Below, piece after piece: positions 50,269 through 63,384 of a stretch of 64,000 nt of DNA. The notes under the pieces were generated by a model. That model saw only the letters and a list, made by a program, of their open reading frames with translations. It was not told the DNA's origin and did not search any database. Source of the stretch: Octopus sinensis (lineage: Eukaryota); assembly GCF_006345805.1 (NCBI RefSeq), contig NC_043006.1, forward strand, positions 17,608,001-17,672,000, written 5' to 3'. The first letter of the stretch is position 1. Every line of letters starts with the position of its first letter. Both the position numbers and the translations under genes were made by a program.

Positions 50269-50391
50269 GGCTGTCTTGTCAGTTTTGCATTGAAGTTTTA
50301 CTGTGAAGCTTCACAAATCAGAAGAATGGCTTCCAACCTTGACTGGGATTTAATGTTTATGGCTGTAGGATTTACCCAATTTACTAAAAAG
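50269..50391 (+). CDS. Candidate internal coding exon (GCLVSFALKFYCEASQIRRMASNLDWDLMFMAVGFTQFTKK)
   Basis: Acceptor tttatttcatag|, donor aaag|gtaaaa, 123 bp; only phase 0 is open. No homology recognised. Confidence 0.4.
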
Positions 50392-50588
50392 GTAAAAGTG
50401 TGTATTAAACTATTATATTCCATCTCTTCGTTAATAATTTTAAGATCTTCAAGTACTTAAGAATTTCTTTTTGATATTTACACGATTACTTTGATGTCTG
50501 TGTGATCTTTTATTAGCATCATCTGGTTACTATTTTCCCACAATTGGCTTTCTGAGCTATTTTACCAAATTTCTTCATGGGCTTAGAA

Positions 50589-50841
50589 CAATGGTTCTCA
50601 ACCATTTTTTATCTATGTCCCCTTTCGTTCCTATTTTATTCAGGGCCCTCATAACCAATCGCTGTTTAAAAAATCCTATTATATTTTGTAATTATCATTG
50701 TTAACAATTTTGTAAAAAAAGTGTTAAAATATTATGTGTATTGTTGTTTTGTGTATTACTGATTTTATTGTTCATAAATTTCAACAACAAAATCTTATAT
50801 GGACCCCTGAGATTCTTTTGTATTCTGGTTGAGAACCACTG
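50589..50841. mobile_element. hAT-type MITE (253 bp)
   Basis: TIRs caatggttctcaacc / ggttgagaaccactg (14/15 match); TSD poorly conserved. Confidence 0.75.
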
Positions 50842-51879
50842 GTGTATAAGATTGGTCACAAATGGTTTTTCTTTTCCTTTACTTCCTCCTCATTACGCCT
50901 TCTCTGACCTTGTTGCTTAATTTCGAGAAAACAAGAAAAATGACAATCAAAGAATATATATATACTTGTAAATCAAGAAAGTTATTGTTAGAAAAGAATA
51001 CTAACTTCTTGAACATTCTTACGTCTATTATCCTTTTTATGGCATAACTGAGATGTCCCTTGGCTCTATGATACAAACTTCATGTCTCTGTTCTAAACAC
51101 CAGTTTAATAATGAGTTACTTTACTAAATTCCTTGTTATTTTAAAATCAATTTCAATAGAAATTTTATAACAAAAGGGTTGAGCCATGATACAAGACAAG
51201 ACATTATTCTAGGTTACATTAAACCTAATTGAGCTAAATATCTTTTCTATCTCCAGATTAAATTACTTCTTTTTTTACATCATATTAAGAAAAGAAAATT
51301 ACCTTCTCATAATTCAGTGCAGATCACAACATTACAGAACAATACTCGCATATATCTGTTTTCTCGTCTATAAAAGAAAGCTCATTTGAGAATGTCTATA
51401 AATTCACTTTCAGCTTTCAACTCAATATTTTGAAGTTGTTCTTTTGTAGGTTTTATTTCATGCTTAATGCCATAGAGAGTGTTTGTCTGTGTGTATGTAT
51501 TTGAGTGTCATAGTATCATCAGTATTGTAGGTTTTTCATCATTGCTTTTTAAAATCGACTTGTTTGTGATTGCATGGGTCAGGCAAGGTTTATTGAGCTA
51601 GTTCCCTTCCTGTTATCAACCCTCACTTATTTCCAAGCAAAGTAATATTACCCTATGGCCAGACATGTTTATGCAGAATGTTGGAAATGGATTGCACTGC
51701 TTATATGACAGTGATACTCGCATAGAGCTGACACAATTTCAAAATAGTCACATACATATATACATACATACATACATACATACATACATAAACAACTTAA
51801 AAACAAGGGCAAAAGAAAAAAAAATTCTAATGCTAAATATGCCGAAAATAGACATACATACAGACATCCATACCTCCAT

Positions 51880-52949
51880 ACATCCTGCAACACTTCTGGT
51901 TGGTCAATGCCTTAATCCTTGCCTTCAGTTCATCTTTGGTGTTACAAGGAGTTTTGTTGGTTTCTTGCTCAACTGTGCCCCACACATAATAATCAAGGGG
52001 GTTGCAGTCTGGGGAGTTAGTTGGCCAGATGTTAGGGATGATGTGGTCGCAGAAATGACAGCCATGACTGGGTTCTCCTGCTCGTATGGCATAGTACAGA
52101 GCCCTGTTGCCAGACATAGGGTTTTCCATCAGTCACCCTCTTGACTTAGGGCAGCACTACCTTCTCCAGGCACTTGATGTAGGTTTCTGTGTTGAGTCTG
52201 AGGCCATGTGGGAAGATAAATGGAAGCATAACGTCACCATCACTAGTGCTGACTCCAAACACCATATTGTTGACTGGATGTTTAATTTTTATCATTCTCG
52301 GTACATGTTTTGGAGACATGGCAAGCCACCAGTTGTTCTGTGTGTTCCCCATCTGATCCTGGCAGAATTTTTTCTTGCCTGGGGAAAACCAAAGTATGTT
52401 AGGTTGGAGGGGATGCTTGAGTTTGTTGAAAAGCTTTATGCTGCGGTCTTTCCTCTTGTTCTTGATGGCTTGTGATAAAAATTGCCCCTTTCTCATCTTG
52501 TATGAGGAATACCAAATGTCTTCATGCACTACCTGCCTGATAATAAACTCAGATACTTCTATGTCCCTGATGATGGACCTGATTAACTTGGAGGAATCAT
52601 TGTCAATCATGGCCTGGAACTCACCAAGAAATTCAAGAGTTCTTTTCTTATCAGATCGATCAAAGCAAGTTTTCCAAGCTGCCATACCTTTGTAATTACA
52701 ATTAGATTCCTGCAGCTCTTTCCAAATCCTCTGCACTATCCTCAGATTGATATCCAGATACTCTAAAATGTTTATATTGGAGCTTCTGGTACAAATGCCA
52801 AGAAGTACAGGATCTCATTTCCAAATTTCTAGCAGCATGGATTGTGTCATGGTACTGTTTTTCTCATAGATGGTCCCCAACTGACCCTGTGTAGTCAACA
52901 AAATCAAAAACAAAGAATGCACCTGTGCGAAATTGAAAATAAAAAATGG

Positions 52950-52952
<3 letters not shown>
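51880..52952 (-). pseudogene. Decayed Tc1/mariner transposase, DD37D (maT)-like
   Basis: KHPVNNMVFGV.TSDGDVMLPFIFP.GLRLN..YI..LE.VV.P, YVWQQ(G)S..CH, WPTNSPDCNPLDYYVW; stops, frameshifts and mutated catalytic Asp positions; the C-terminal end is deleted. Confidence 0.88.
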
Positions 52953-52982
<30 letters not shown>

Positions 52983-52994
52983 ATATATATATAT

Positions 52995-53355
52995 ATTCTT
53001 CTTTCTTTTTACTTGTTTCAATCATTTAACTGCAGCTATGCTAGAGCACTGCCTTTAGTCAAACAAATCGACCCTAGAACTTATTCTTTGTAAGCCCAGT
53101 ACTTTTTCTATTGGAATTTTTTGCCAAACTGCTAAGTTACAGGAGCATAAACATGCCGGCATCGGTTGTCAAGCGATGGCAGGAGGATAAACATAGACAC
53201 ACATACACACACACACACACACAATGGGCTTCTTTCAGTTTCCATCAACCAAATCCACCCACAAGGCTATAGTAGAAAACACTTGCCTAAGGTGCCATGG
53301 AGACGGACTGAACCTGGATCCATGTGGTTGGGAAGCAAACTGCTTACCACAGAGC
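52995..53355 (-). mobile_element. SINE S1
   Basis: Tail and head motifs in reverse orientation with internal (CA)n. Confidence 0.8.
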
Positions 53356-54129
53356 CATGCCAGACATGTGTCTTTTTATATATATGTTTATTTTAGTTCC
53401 TATCAATCAAATTCAATTACAAGGATTTGTAGGCTCAAGACTATAATAGATGACAGCTGCCCAAGTTGCCAAGCTGTGGGACTGAACCTAAAACTGTATG
53501 GTTAAGATGCAAAGTTCATCACCACACAGCCAAGCCTGTGCCTATACATATACGCCACACTCTATAGAAATTTCTTTTCTTTACGTAGTGATCTTCAGTA
53601 AGTGATAATAGTTAACAAAAATTAAAAAAATAAATGAATTCATAAAGTGAAAAATAATTTAAACACCAAACATTTTACAAAAATACTCCATTTCTATGTT
53701 CTAAAACCCCCATCAGTGTTAGAAATAGTTTTATGTCTTCCTATGATTGTTAAAGAAATTAAATCTTTGTACTTTTATTTCCGTGTAAACTGTTTTCCTC
53801 TTCTGTTATTCAGATGATGTTAATTTTGTGAACACAAGCAGTTTTAAATCATTTTAAGTCCTTGGTTGCGTTATTTTATTTCATTAGTTTAACTCCAGTA
53901 ATTAGATTGAGCCACTTTAAAGATTATTGGGTTTTCTTCGTTAATCAGTAGAATAAAGAGCCTCAGATAAAAGTGTTTTTTTTTTTCACTAAATTCACAT
54001 TGTTATAAACAATATTTGAGATTATTTTTTAGTTTTACATTTATTTAAAATGATTGATTTTCAAACCTTAAAAAATGAAATATTTCTTGCTTAACAAAAT
54101 AAATAGATAAGCAAGCAAATAAATAAATA

Positions 54130-54510
54130 GGTGTGGCTGTGTGGTAAAATGTTTGCTTCCCAATCATGTGGTCTTGGGTTCAATCCTGTTACATGATACC
54201 TTGGGCAAGTATCTTCTACTATAGTTCCAGGCTGACCAAAGCCTAGTAAGTGGCTTTGGTACATGGAAACTGAAAGAAGACTGTCAGGTATGCGTCTGTC
54301 TGTCTTTGTGCTTGACCCCTGCCATTATTTGGTAACCGGTGTTGGATTGTGGACATTCCGACATGTAGTGGTTCAGCAAAAGAGACTGATAGAATAAGAA
54401 CCAGGTTTAAAAACCAAGTACATGGGTTGATTTGTTTGACTAGACCCTTTAAGGTGATGCCCAAGCACAGCCACAGTCCAATGACTGAAACAAGTAAAAG
54501 ATAAAAGAAA
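54130..54510 (+). mobile_element. SINE S1 variant
   Basis: ggctgtgtggtaaaatgtttgcttccc...gactgaaacaagtaaaagataaaag. Confidence 0.8.
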
Positions 54511-54736
54511 TAGATAAATTAATTATTCTTGACAAGCTATGGAATTCTAAATAATAACATGTAGAAAGGTATTGTATGTGTGTTATTATACCATTATATA
54601 TGTTCTATAAGTTGGAATTTAATGGTTTGGGTTCTTGTAAGAAATACTTTTGAAAAGTAAATGAAGTTTCTTAAAACATAACCTGATAATTCAGTTGTTT
54701 TAAAATATTTTTTCTTCTCATGTTAACTTACCTTAA

Positions 54737-54956
54737 CCCTTTAGCATTTAAACTGGCCTTATCCAGCCAAAATATTCTACCTTCTTTGTGTTCAAACTGG
54801 TCAAATCCAACACGTCATGCTTAGCCTACACTATCATTCTAAAAATACACTACCACGTTGTCAGAATCTCAACGCTACTATATAATTCATGATTAATTCA
54901 AAACAACGTGAACGAATAAGCATTACTTTTAACAGAATAATCTAAATGCTAAAGGG
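54737..54956 (+). mobile_element. TTAA MITE family A, complete
   Basis: ttaa|ccctttagcattta...taaatgctaaaggg|ttaa; matching CCCTTTAGCATT termini. Confidence 0.88.
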
Positions 54957-55964
54957 TTAAGCAATTTTTTTATTATTTTAAGATTAAAAAAAACTTTTTT
55001 GTAGAAGACAAGTAATATAAATTTTTAGTTAAACCCTTCCAGTAAACTAAGAATAGAAATGGATTTAGTTCTTTTGATAAGAATCTGTGTAAGACTGCTC
55101 TTGGTTATACCATATAAACTTCCTGCTTTAAAGTAATTGAAATAAAAATCTTCCATCAAAAACTTTATGTGAATTCATGTTCTATACACTAGCATAATGA
55201 CAAAGTTATTTTATTAAATTCTTCATTATTTTCAAAATAAACTGTAATAAACGTAATGTATTTCGACAGGAATATGGTAATGAAACAGTTATTATCACCA
55301 ATAACGGAGACTGCAAATAGATCATCTTTACCTTGGCATGGAATAAACTACTCATATTTTATTCAAGATATTAACCTAGGTTGCTTTGCCATTTAACGGC
55401 AAGTACTATCAGAATGTAAAACTAACGTCTTACTTTTGGAATCTTGTATATAATTTGAAGAAGACTATTGGTTCAGTGTACAAATGTTGTCTTGGTTTCC
55501 TCGGGATGTTAGGTTTTGATCTGTAATTGTAATTCTTATGCTGTTTTGGTTACAGCAATTAAAACTACAGTTGCAGAACTGTTCTGCCAATGTGAATGGA
55601 GATTGTTAGAATTTATTGACCATGTCAAGATCTTATACTCTTTGTATTTTGTACTTACTTCTCTATTGGAAAGAAGAGTTCTGTCCATTTGGAAAAAATC
55701 TTATTTTTACTTACAACTTAGCCAGACATAAAGGTATTTGGGAGAAAGTTGAATGGTTCAATGTGTGCATATGTGTCTGTGTTATATTACATATGCATGC
55801 ATACGTGTATGTGTGTGTGTGCGCGCAATAGTTTTGTATAAACTATAGGTTTATTTGCATTGATTTTTAACTGTGTGTGTCATTTCTTAAGAAAGTAAAT
55901 AGCTTCCAGCAGAATCATTAAAAAGTTGGGAGGAAAAGGAAAAAAGTAATTTTACATCATTTGT

Positions 55965-56532
55965 TCCATCTCTTTACATTCTAAGTTCAAAGCTCTCTAG
56001 GGTCAACTCTGTTTTTCATCCCCTCAGAATTGATAATAAAGCACCAGTCAAGTCTCAGGGTCAATATCAATTAACTCCTTCCTCTCAAAACTACAGTCTT
56101 TGAGCCAAAAACTTGAACTGTTGTTGTTGTTATTATTTTCACCAAGGTTAGCTTTGCCACTCATCTCTTTTGGGGTTGATGAAATAAGTACCAGTCAAGC
56201 ATGGGTTCAGTGTAATCAACTATTTCCATCCCCACAAATTTTATGCCTTGTGTCTATAGTAGAAAGAAGTATCATCATCATCATCATTATTATTATTATT
56301 ATCATCATTATTATTATTATTAAGGCAGCGAGCTGGCATAATTGTTAGCATGCTGGATGAAATGCTTAGTGGTATTTCACCTGTTGCTATGTTCTGAGTT
56401 CAAATTCCACCGAGGTTGCCTTTGCCTTTCATCCTTGCAAGATTGATAAATTAAGTACCATTTACGCATTGGGGTCAATATAATCAACTAGTTCCCTTGT
56501 CTAAAGTTTCAGGCCTTATGCCTATTGTAGAA

Positions 56533-56565
<33 letters not shown>

Positions 56566-57148
56566 ATTATTATTATTATTATTATTATCATGGCGGTCAG
56601 CTGGCGAAATTGTTAGCACGCTGGGTGAAATGCTTAACGGCATTTCATCTGTCTTTACATTCTGAGTTCAAATTCCACTGAGGTCAACTTTCCTTTCATC
56701 CTTTTGGGGTCGATAAATTGTCAGTGAAACACTGGGGTCAATGTAATCAACTAGTCCCCTCCCCCAAAATTTTAGGCCTTGTGCCTTCAGCAGAAATTTT
56801 AATATTTTCTTGCAAATAATATTCATATATAAATGAGCAAGAAAAAATGTGTTTTATCTTCATTATGATTTAAGTAAATTAAAAATAAATTACTTCCCAA
56901 AAATTGTTTTAACTTTTGTGAATAATAATAGTAATAATACTTTCTACTATAAGCACAAGGCCTGAAATTTTGGAGGAGGGGTTAGTTGATTACATTGACT
57001 CCAGTGTTTGACTGGTACTTATTTTATCAACCCCAAAAGGATGAAAAGCAAAACTGACCTCAGCAGAATTTGAACTCAGAATTTAAAGATAGATGAAAGG
57101 CCTCTAGACATTTTGCCTGGCAAGCTAACAATTCTGCCAGCTTGCCAC
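55965..57148. mobile_element. Cluster of five SINE S2 copies: four tandem on +, one inverted (56941-57148)
   Basis: Copies at about 55965-56105, 56140-56268, 56324-56533 and 56592-56795; (ATT)n separates the last three. Confidence 0.85.
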
Positions 57149-57756
57149 TTTAATGATGATGATAATAGATTTTCTTCATGTTCTGTCCGCTGTACCCTTC
57201 TAATGTTGCTTGTCAATGTATTACAAATCAGAAATAGTTGTTGAATAGAGGTATTTGTGAGAGCATCTGCTCTTTTGCACTGCTACTTTGCAGTAAGATG
57301 CTTGCTTTGTGAATTTTATAGCTTTAGAATTACATTTTCTTTTTAATTTTACCTTTTGTATTTTAATAAGTCCTCCAGAAATTTCTAGAATGACGGTTAA
57401 TTTTTTAAATATTTTTGTCTGTTTTCATGAATCATTTTTGAAAGATGAAAATGCAACAGATTCAAAGAATTAGTGTGCTGTGAAATAAAAAAAAATAAAT
57501 TATAGAAACTATTCTTTTCATTCAGACATCACTTGGGACATAATATCAAAATAACATATTTTTGAAATATTATAACGTGAGAGTTAACTAAATATAACAT
57601 TTCTTGTGATATCACTTATTTCTCATCAGAAATAAATAGTGCTATGTTATCCCAAGAGCTGTTCCCCTTGAGCATAATGTGCTAAAATTTTTTCCCATGT
57701 CTGTTACTTAAGTTTTTTTTTTTTTTTTTTTGTTAATCACACTTTCTTCATTACAG

Positions 57757-57882
57757 ACATTACTACATCTATCTTAACATTTCCAGTTAAAGTCTGTTTC
57801 AAAGCTCATTATTTTAAAATCAATATATCATTAATCATTGATTTGTTATTGAACCAAAAGAAAGTATACAGTTATTATGAAG
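57757..57882 (+). CDS. Candidate internal coding exon (xITTSILTFPVKVCFKAHYFKINISLIIDLLLNQKKVYSYYE)
   Basis: Long poly-T tract plus actttcttcattacag|, donor gaag|gtgaaa, 126 bp open in phase 1 to 1. No homology recognised. Confidence 0.3.
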
Positions 57883-58207
57883 GTGAAAATAGTTCCTGTA
57901 TTATTTATTTATTTCTTGTTTATTATTTAGTCATTCATTTGCTCATTACTCTAAAATATCTGATTGTAAATAAACCTGAATGTTTTAATTAAGATAACAT
58001 ATTCTCCATAAATGAAATGCACAATATCAGAGTTTCTTTGGTGCATAACAAACTGGAAAAACTTTTCTGTCAAAGTTAAAGATTTCTCTTTAGATAAAAG
58101 AATTTCCTGCTTGTGAAAAATTCTTTTTACTTTTGCCCTCTGTTTTAATTCTCTTCTATAAAAACAGTATTTTGTATAAATTAAAAGTTTTTCAAAACCA
58201 AATCCTA

Positions 58208-58650
58208 TGACTGGCACCCGGCCGTTGCCAGTGCTGCTGGACTGACTCCTGTGCAGGTGGCAAGTAAAGAAACACCGTTTCGACCCTGTGCTTGAGGAGA
58301 CCTATTGAGTCAAGTACATCAACATCAAAAATCAATGGAAATTGTAGTTGTGATCCCTGTGCCGGTGGAACGTAAAAAGCACCATCCGAACGTGGCCGAT
58401 GCCAGCACCGCCTTGACTGGCTTCCGTACCGGTGGCATGTAAAAAGCACTAACTGATCGTAGCCATTGCCAGCCTTGCCTGGCACGTAAAAAGCACCCAC
58501 TACACTTACGGAGTGATTGGCATTAGGAAAGGCATCCATCTGTAGAAATACTGCCAGGTCAGACTGGAGCCTGGTGCAGCCTTCTGGCTTCTCAGACCCC
58601 AGTCGAACCATCCAACCCATGGAAAACGGACGTTAAATGATGATGATGAT
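58208..58650 (+). mobile_element. RTE 3'UTR copy with about 3 tandem units
   Basis: Reverse complement of the 8686-9400 UTR; ends ggacgttaaatgatgatgatgat. Confidence 0.88.
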
Positions 58651-59344
58651 AAATTATTTCAGAACTGTTCTATTATTTTATTCAGTTCTCTTCATTTTCT
58701 CTACTGAGAAGTCATGCATGAAGGATCTCCTGGAAACTTCACTCTTTTATATGCTTCTGCTAATATAGCATCGGAAAATAATATCCTTAGCTTTTGTAAC
58801 TGTAACTATTTAGATAAGTTCCTTCACAATTGTTTTGAGCCAGTGCAGAAATAGAAATATCTCAATTACTTCCTGCATATCACTATTAAAAATTTAGCTT
58901 TCTTTCTTTCTTCTAAAGTATTGTCAATACTTTGAACAGAAAACTATAAAACTGGTTTGTGTTATGTTTCAGCATTGTGTGTTTGGAGATATTTAAGATT
59001 TTATTGAAAAGGTACAAGTGTGTGCGTGTATGGGGCAGAGGGGGCTAGTAGCAGGGGTGCAACTAAAAATATAAGAAAATGAACAGAAAACCATAAAAAT
59101 CTTTAATTAGCTTATCTTTTAGCATGCAGATGTTATTGCATTAATTAAAGTATTGCAGAAATTAACTGGCTGCAATTTTAACATGCCGTGCAGAAGCTCT
59201 TCTGTTTATTCAATGATAACCAAGTAATTCCTGGTTAAGAAATTCATTCAATAACATATACCATTATTGCATCTGTAAAAGTATACACAAATATCCTTTT
59301 CAAGAAATTTCAGTAATTTCACTGATGTATTTTAATGTATTTAA

Positions 59345-59349
<5 letters not shown>

Positions 59350-59385
<36 letters not shown>

Positions 59386-59686
59386 GTTATATAAAAGATT
59401 TGTTATCGTGTTATTATTTGTAACATAAATTTAATTTCACTTTTATCCAGTTATTCGGATATTATTCTTAATGTATTGATTTCTGAAACAGTTACACCTT
59501 TGATCTGCAACTAGTGGTGGCCTCTCTACTCCGTCTGTCTGTCTGCTATTTATAGATGGGGTTTTTACAGCTTATTATTTTTTTTTTATAATATGCTGAT
59601 GCGATAACTCTTATTATATAACTCTGCCACTAGTTCAAAACAATCTCTTTGTTGACAATTTTCAACATTTATTTCTAAACTCTTGT

Positions 59687-59742
<56 letters not shown>
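59350..59742. repeat. Two (TA)n microsatellites (59350-59377 and 59697-59742)
   Basis: Directly visible. Confidence 0.9.
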
Positions 59743-59743
<1 letters not shown>

Positions 59744-60104
59744 TCTCTTTTCTATCTTGTGATTTCTGTTCAACAAAATACTCCAGCTTTTAGTAGACTT
59801 ATTCACTGACTTTTATTATATCAGTTGCTTCATTGTTGAAAAGTTTGATTTAATGAATGAGGTGCCAAAGTGGGCTGCTGAATAAATAGCATGTTGACTC
59901 CTTGGTTGATATGTGTAATCCTAAGTGTATTAGATTATATGCTGAGCAAGGCAAATAAGCCGTTCTGTCTGTTTAACTGTATTTGGTGGCGCAGTGCTAA
60001 ACTAAAAATTGTCATGTGGTTTAGTTGGGGGTTTTATTTTTGGTGGCAGAGATAGCCAATATGGTTAACCAAGTTTTAATGTGATTTTTATTTTATGTCA
60101 TCAT

Positions 60105-60475
60105 CATAATCATTATTATTATTATCACTTAAAAGTTCATTTTTCCATGCTTGCACAGGTCAGATGGAATTCATTGAAACAGATTTTCTATGGCCTGTCA
60201 CCAGCCCACACCTGTTTTCAGGCAAAGTAATATTTGGTCATGGCTGGAAGACTGGGAATGAAGGATACCACTTGCATGATACTGATGCTCATTTACAATT
60301 ATTGCACAACGTCATAAAATGGGCACACACATATGATGGTCTTCTTTCAGTTTCCATCTGCCAAATCCTCTCATAAGACTTTGGCCAACTCAGGGCATAA
60401 GCCCAAAGTGCCCATGCAGTGGAACTGAACCCAAAGCCATGTGATTGGGAAGGAAGCAAATTGTTCAACCACACC
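60105..60475 (-). mobile_element. SINE S3
   Basis: Similar to 10085-10522. Confidence 0.75.
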
Positions 60476-61194
60476 TGTGCTCCCCCACCCATTATCCCTC
60501 TTTTTATTTATCTGTCTGTCTAATCATCCATCTCTCTATCCATCTCTGTGTATGACTGATATTGCTTATAGTATATTATGTGTCGCTGTTATTTTTGAGT
60601 TACAAGCAACCATAAGCTAAAACTGTGTACATAGAATCCAAATTTAAATGAGAAATATATGGTTGGCCATTTGCCGAAGTAGTTGCTAGCAAAAGAAATT
60701 TGGACTTCATTCTATTTTCCAAAGAGCTGATTGACTATTGATGTTCTAACAATGACACAAATGCTGTTTGCTGAGGTTGTTTTCCTTTTTGTCTGCTGTC
60801 ATTACTGGAAGTTGTTCTCAAGATTACACCGTTTGTGAATGAGCTAAGCATTGAGGACCACCTTTCTCTCTAGATACTTCAACATACCCGGATTGTCTGT
60901 GTAAAATTTCCAACTCAGCACTGCAACTTAATGCAGTATATCAATTATACACATGTAAATTGTATACACTTATATTATCAGTTTCAGTAAGATTTGGTTT
61001 TCGATACCATCTTGCCTGAGACCATCCCAAGTTCTGTGATACAAAATTACCTGTTTTAAAGCGTTCTAAATTGTTATCTTCCATCGGAATTCCATGTTAA
61101 TTTATGTTCCAATGTCAAAGTTAATTTACTAAATTCTTCCTTATTTTCAAAATTAATTGAAGTAGAAGCAGCCTATTTCAACAGAAATCATCAT

Positions 61195-61570
61195 TATTAT
61201 CACCATTTTAATATTTACTTTTCCGAGCTTGCATAGATCAGATGGTATTTATTGATACTAACTTTTCAGTAGTCAGATGCCCTTCCTGTTGCTAACCCTC
61301 ACCTGTTTCCAAGCAACGTGCATATTTCTTCATTATACATGGGTTTCACAGTCGACTGGAAATGACCAACATAGGTTGTATGAAGGTGACACTCATTTAC
61401 AACTACTAAATGATGTTGAATATGGCTGTGTGCACACATACATGTATATGATGGGCTTCTTTCAGATTCCATCCACCAAATCCACTCTCAAAGCTTTGGT
61501 CAACCCAGGCCTATAGTAGAAGTACTTACCCAAAGTACCACACACTGGAACTGATCCTGAAACTACAAGT
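61195..61570 (-). mobile_element. SINE S3
   Basis: Similar to 10085-10522. Confidence 0.75.
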
Positions 61571-62139
61571 TTGGTGGTGGGGCTTTTCCCAAATATACAT
61601 AACTATATTAGCAATTGGATACCAAATCTTCTGGCATCACAGTTAGCAAGCCATTCCTTATTAATCATATTCCCGAGTGCCTTTGTGAAATTCAAGATAC
61701 GTTTTCACTTATACTTTCATTAGTCATAATTCCAAAAATATATTGGTGACGTTTATACTTTATCTCTTTTCCTTTAGCAACGCATAATTTTTGGAACAAT
61801 TCTAAAGAGGAAGCTGGAAATTTGATGATTAAGAGGATATAGTTTTGGTCTCTGTTTCTCACTATACACCATTAGAAATTACATTTTTATTTTGCTTTGT
61901 ATTTTTATATTTTAGTTTATGACAATTTTGTTTTTAAACAAGATCATCTCTTAATCTGGGATTATATATTATGGCAGCAGTCTATTAGCATTCGTATGGG
62001 TGTGCTATCATTCATATAAAAAGACTGTGTCTGTTTATAAATGACATTGAGCTCATACTGCTGACAAGAAAAAGTAGAAAAGTTTTAATAATTTTTCATG
62101 ATTTTGATTCTGTTCACTTTAAGAAGCAAAAATGATAAA

Positions 62140-62330
62140 AAATATTTATTTCTTTATTGCTCACGGAGGGCTAAACATAAAGGGGACAAGCAAGAACAGG
62201 CAAAGGGTTTAAGTCGATTACATCGACCCCATTGCATAACTGACACTTATTTAATCGATCCCAAAAGGATGAAAGGTAATGTTGACCTCGGTGGAGTTTG
62301 AACTCAGAATGTATGGCAGACTAAATACTA
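62140..62330 (-). mobile_element. SINE S2 (long tail)
   Basis: Reverse-orientation S2 motifs. Confidence 0.75.
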
Positions 62331-62641
62331 GGCTTACAAAGAATAAGTCCTGAGATTGATTTCTTTGACTAACACCCCTTAAGGTGGTGCTCCAGCATGG
62401 CTACAGTCAAACGACTGAAACAAATGAAAGAATAACCGTAGCCACAATTTCTCTGGCCACACTTTATATTGCATAGAGAGAGGGGCAGAGAATAAAAGAA
62501 CAATGTGGAGAGAGTTAGCATAAGAGGTGTGGGGTGAGTGGTGTGAAAGAATCACTGAGTGGAGAAGGAGAAGGAGTAAATGAGAGTTGTTATGGGAAGA
62601 AGTACACAAATGAGAAATTTGTTTAATTTAATTCTATTTAA

Positions 62642-63253
62642 CCTTTTAGCCCAAATATTCTATCTGTTTTATGTTGAAACTCGATAGGTCTAGCCTCTCA
62701 TAACTACCCTACAATGTTATTCTAAAAATAAACAGGCGCAGGAGTGGCTGTGTGGTAAGTAGCTTGTTTACCAACCACATGGTTCTGGGTTCAGTCCCAC
62801 TGCGTGACACCTTGGGCAAGTGTCTTCTACTATAGCCTCGGGCCAACCAAAGCCTTGTGAGTGGATTTGGTAGACGGAAACTGAAAGAAGCCCGTTGTAT
62901 ATATGTATATATATATATACATATATGCGTGTGTGTGTTTGTGTGTCTGTGTTTGTCCCCCTAGCATTGCTTGACAACCGATGCTGGTGTGTTTATGTCC
63001 CCGTTACTTAGCAGTTCGGCAAAAGAGACCGATAGAATAAGTACTGGGCTTACAAAAGAATAAGTCCCGGGGTCGAGTTGCTCGATTAAAGGCGGTGCTC
63101 CAGCATGGCTGCAGTCAAATGACTGAAACAAGTAAAAGAGTAAAAGGGTAACCAGATCATCAAAATCTTGAAGCTAAGAGATAATGTAATATTAATTCAA
63201 AATAATGTGAATAAATAATTACATTTGATGGAGTTATCTGAATGCTTTGGGGG
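62642..63253 (+). mobile_element. MITE A with a young full-length SINE S1 (62735-63148) inserted
   Basis: The MITE A body resumes after the SINE tail; ends gggg|ttaa. Confidence 0.85.
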
Positions 63254-63384
63254 TTAAAGACGATAAATATTTTACTTTTGAAATTTAGTATTCATTTTAT
63301 TGTTTTGTATTAGCGCCAAGAACTTTGATGAAAGTTGAATTATAATTATTCTATGTATGCCATATTTTTTTTATATTACCCATT

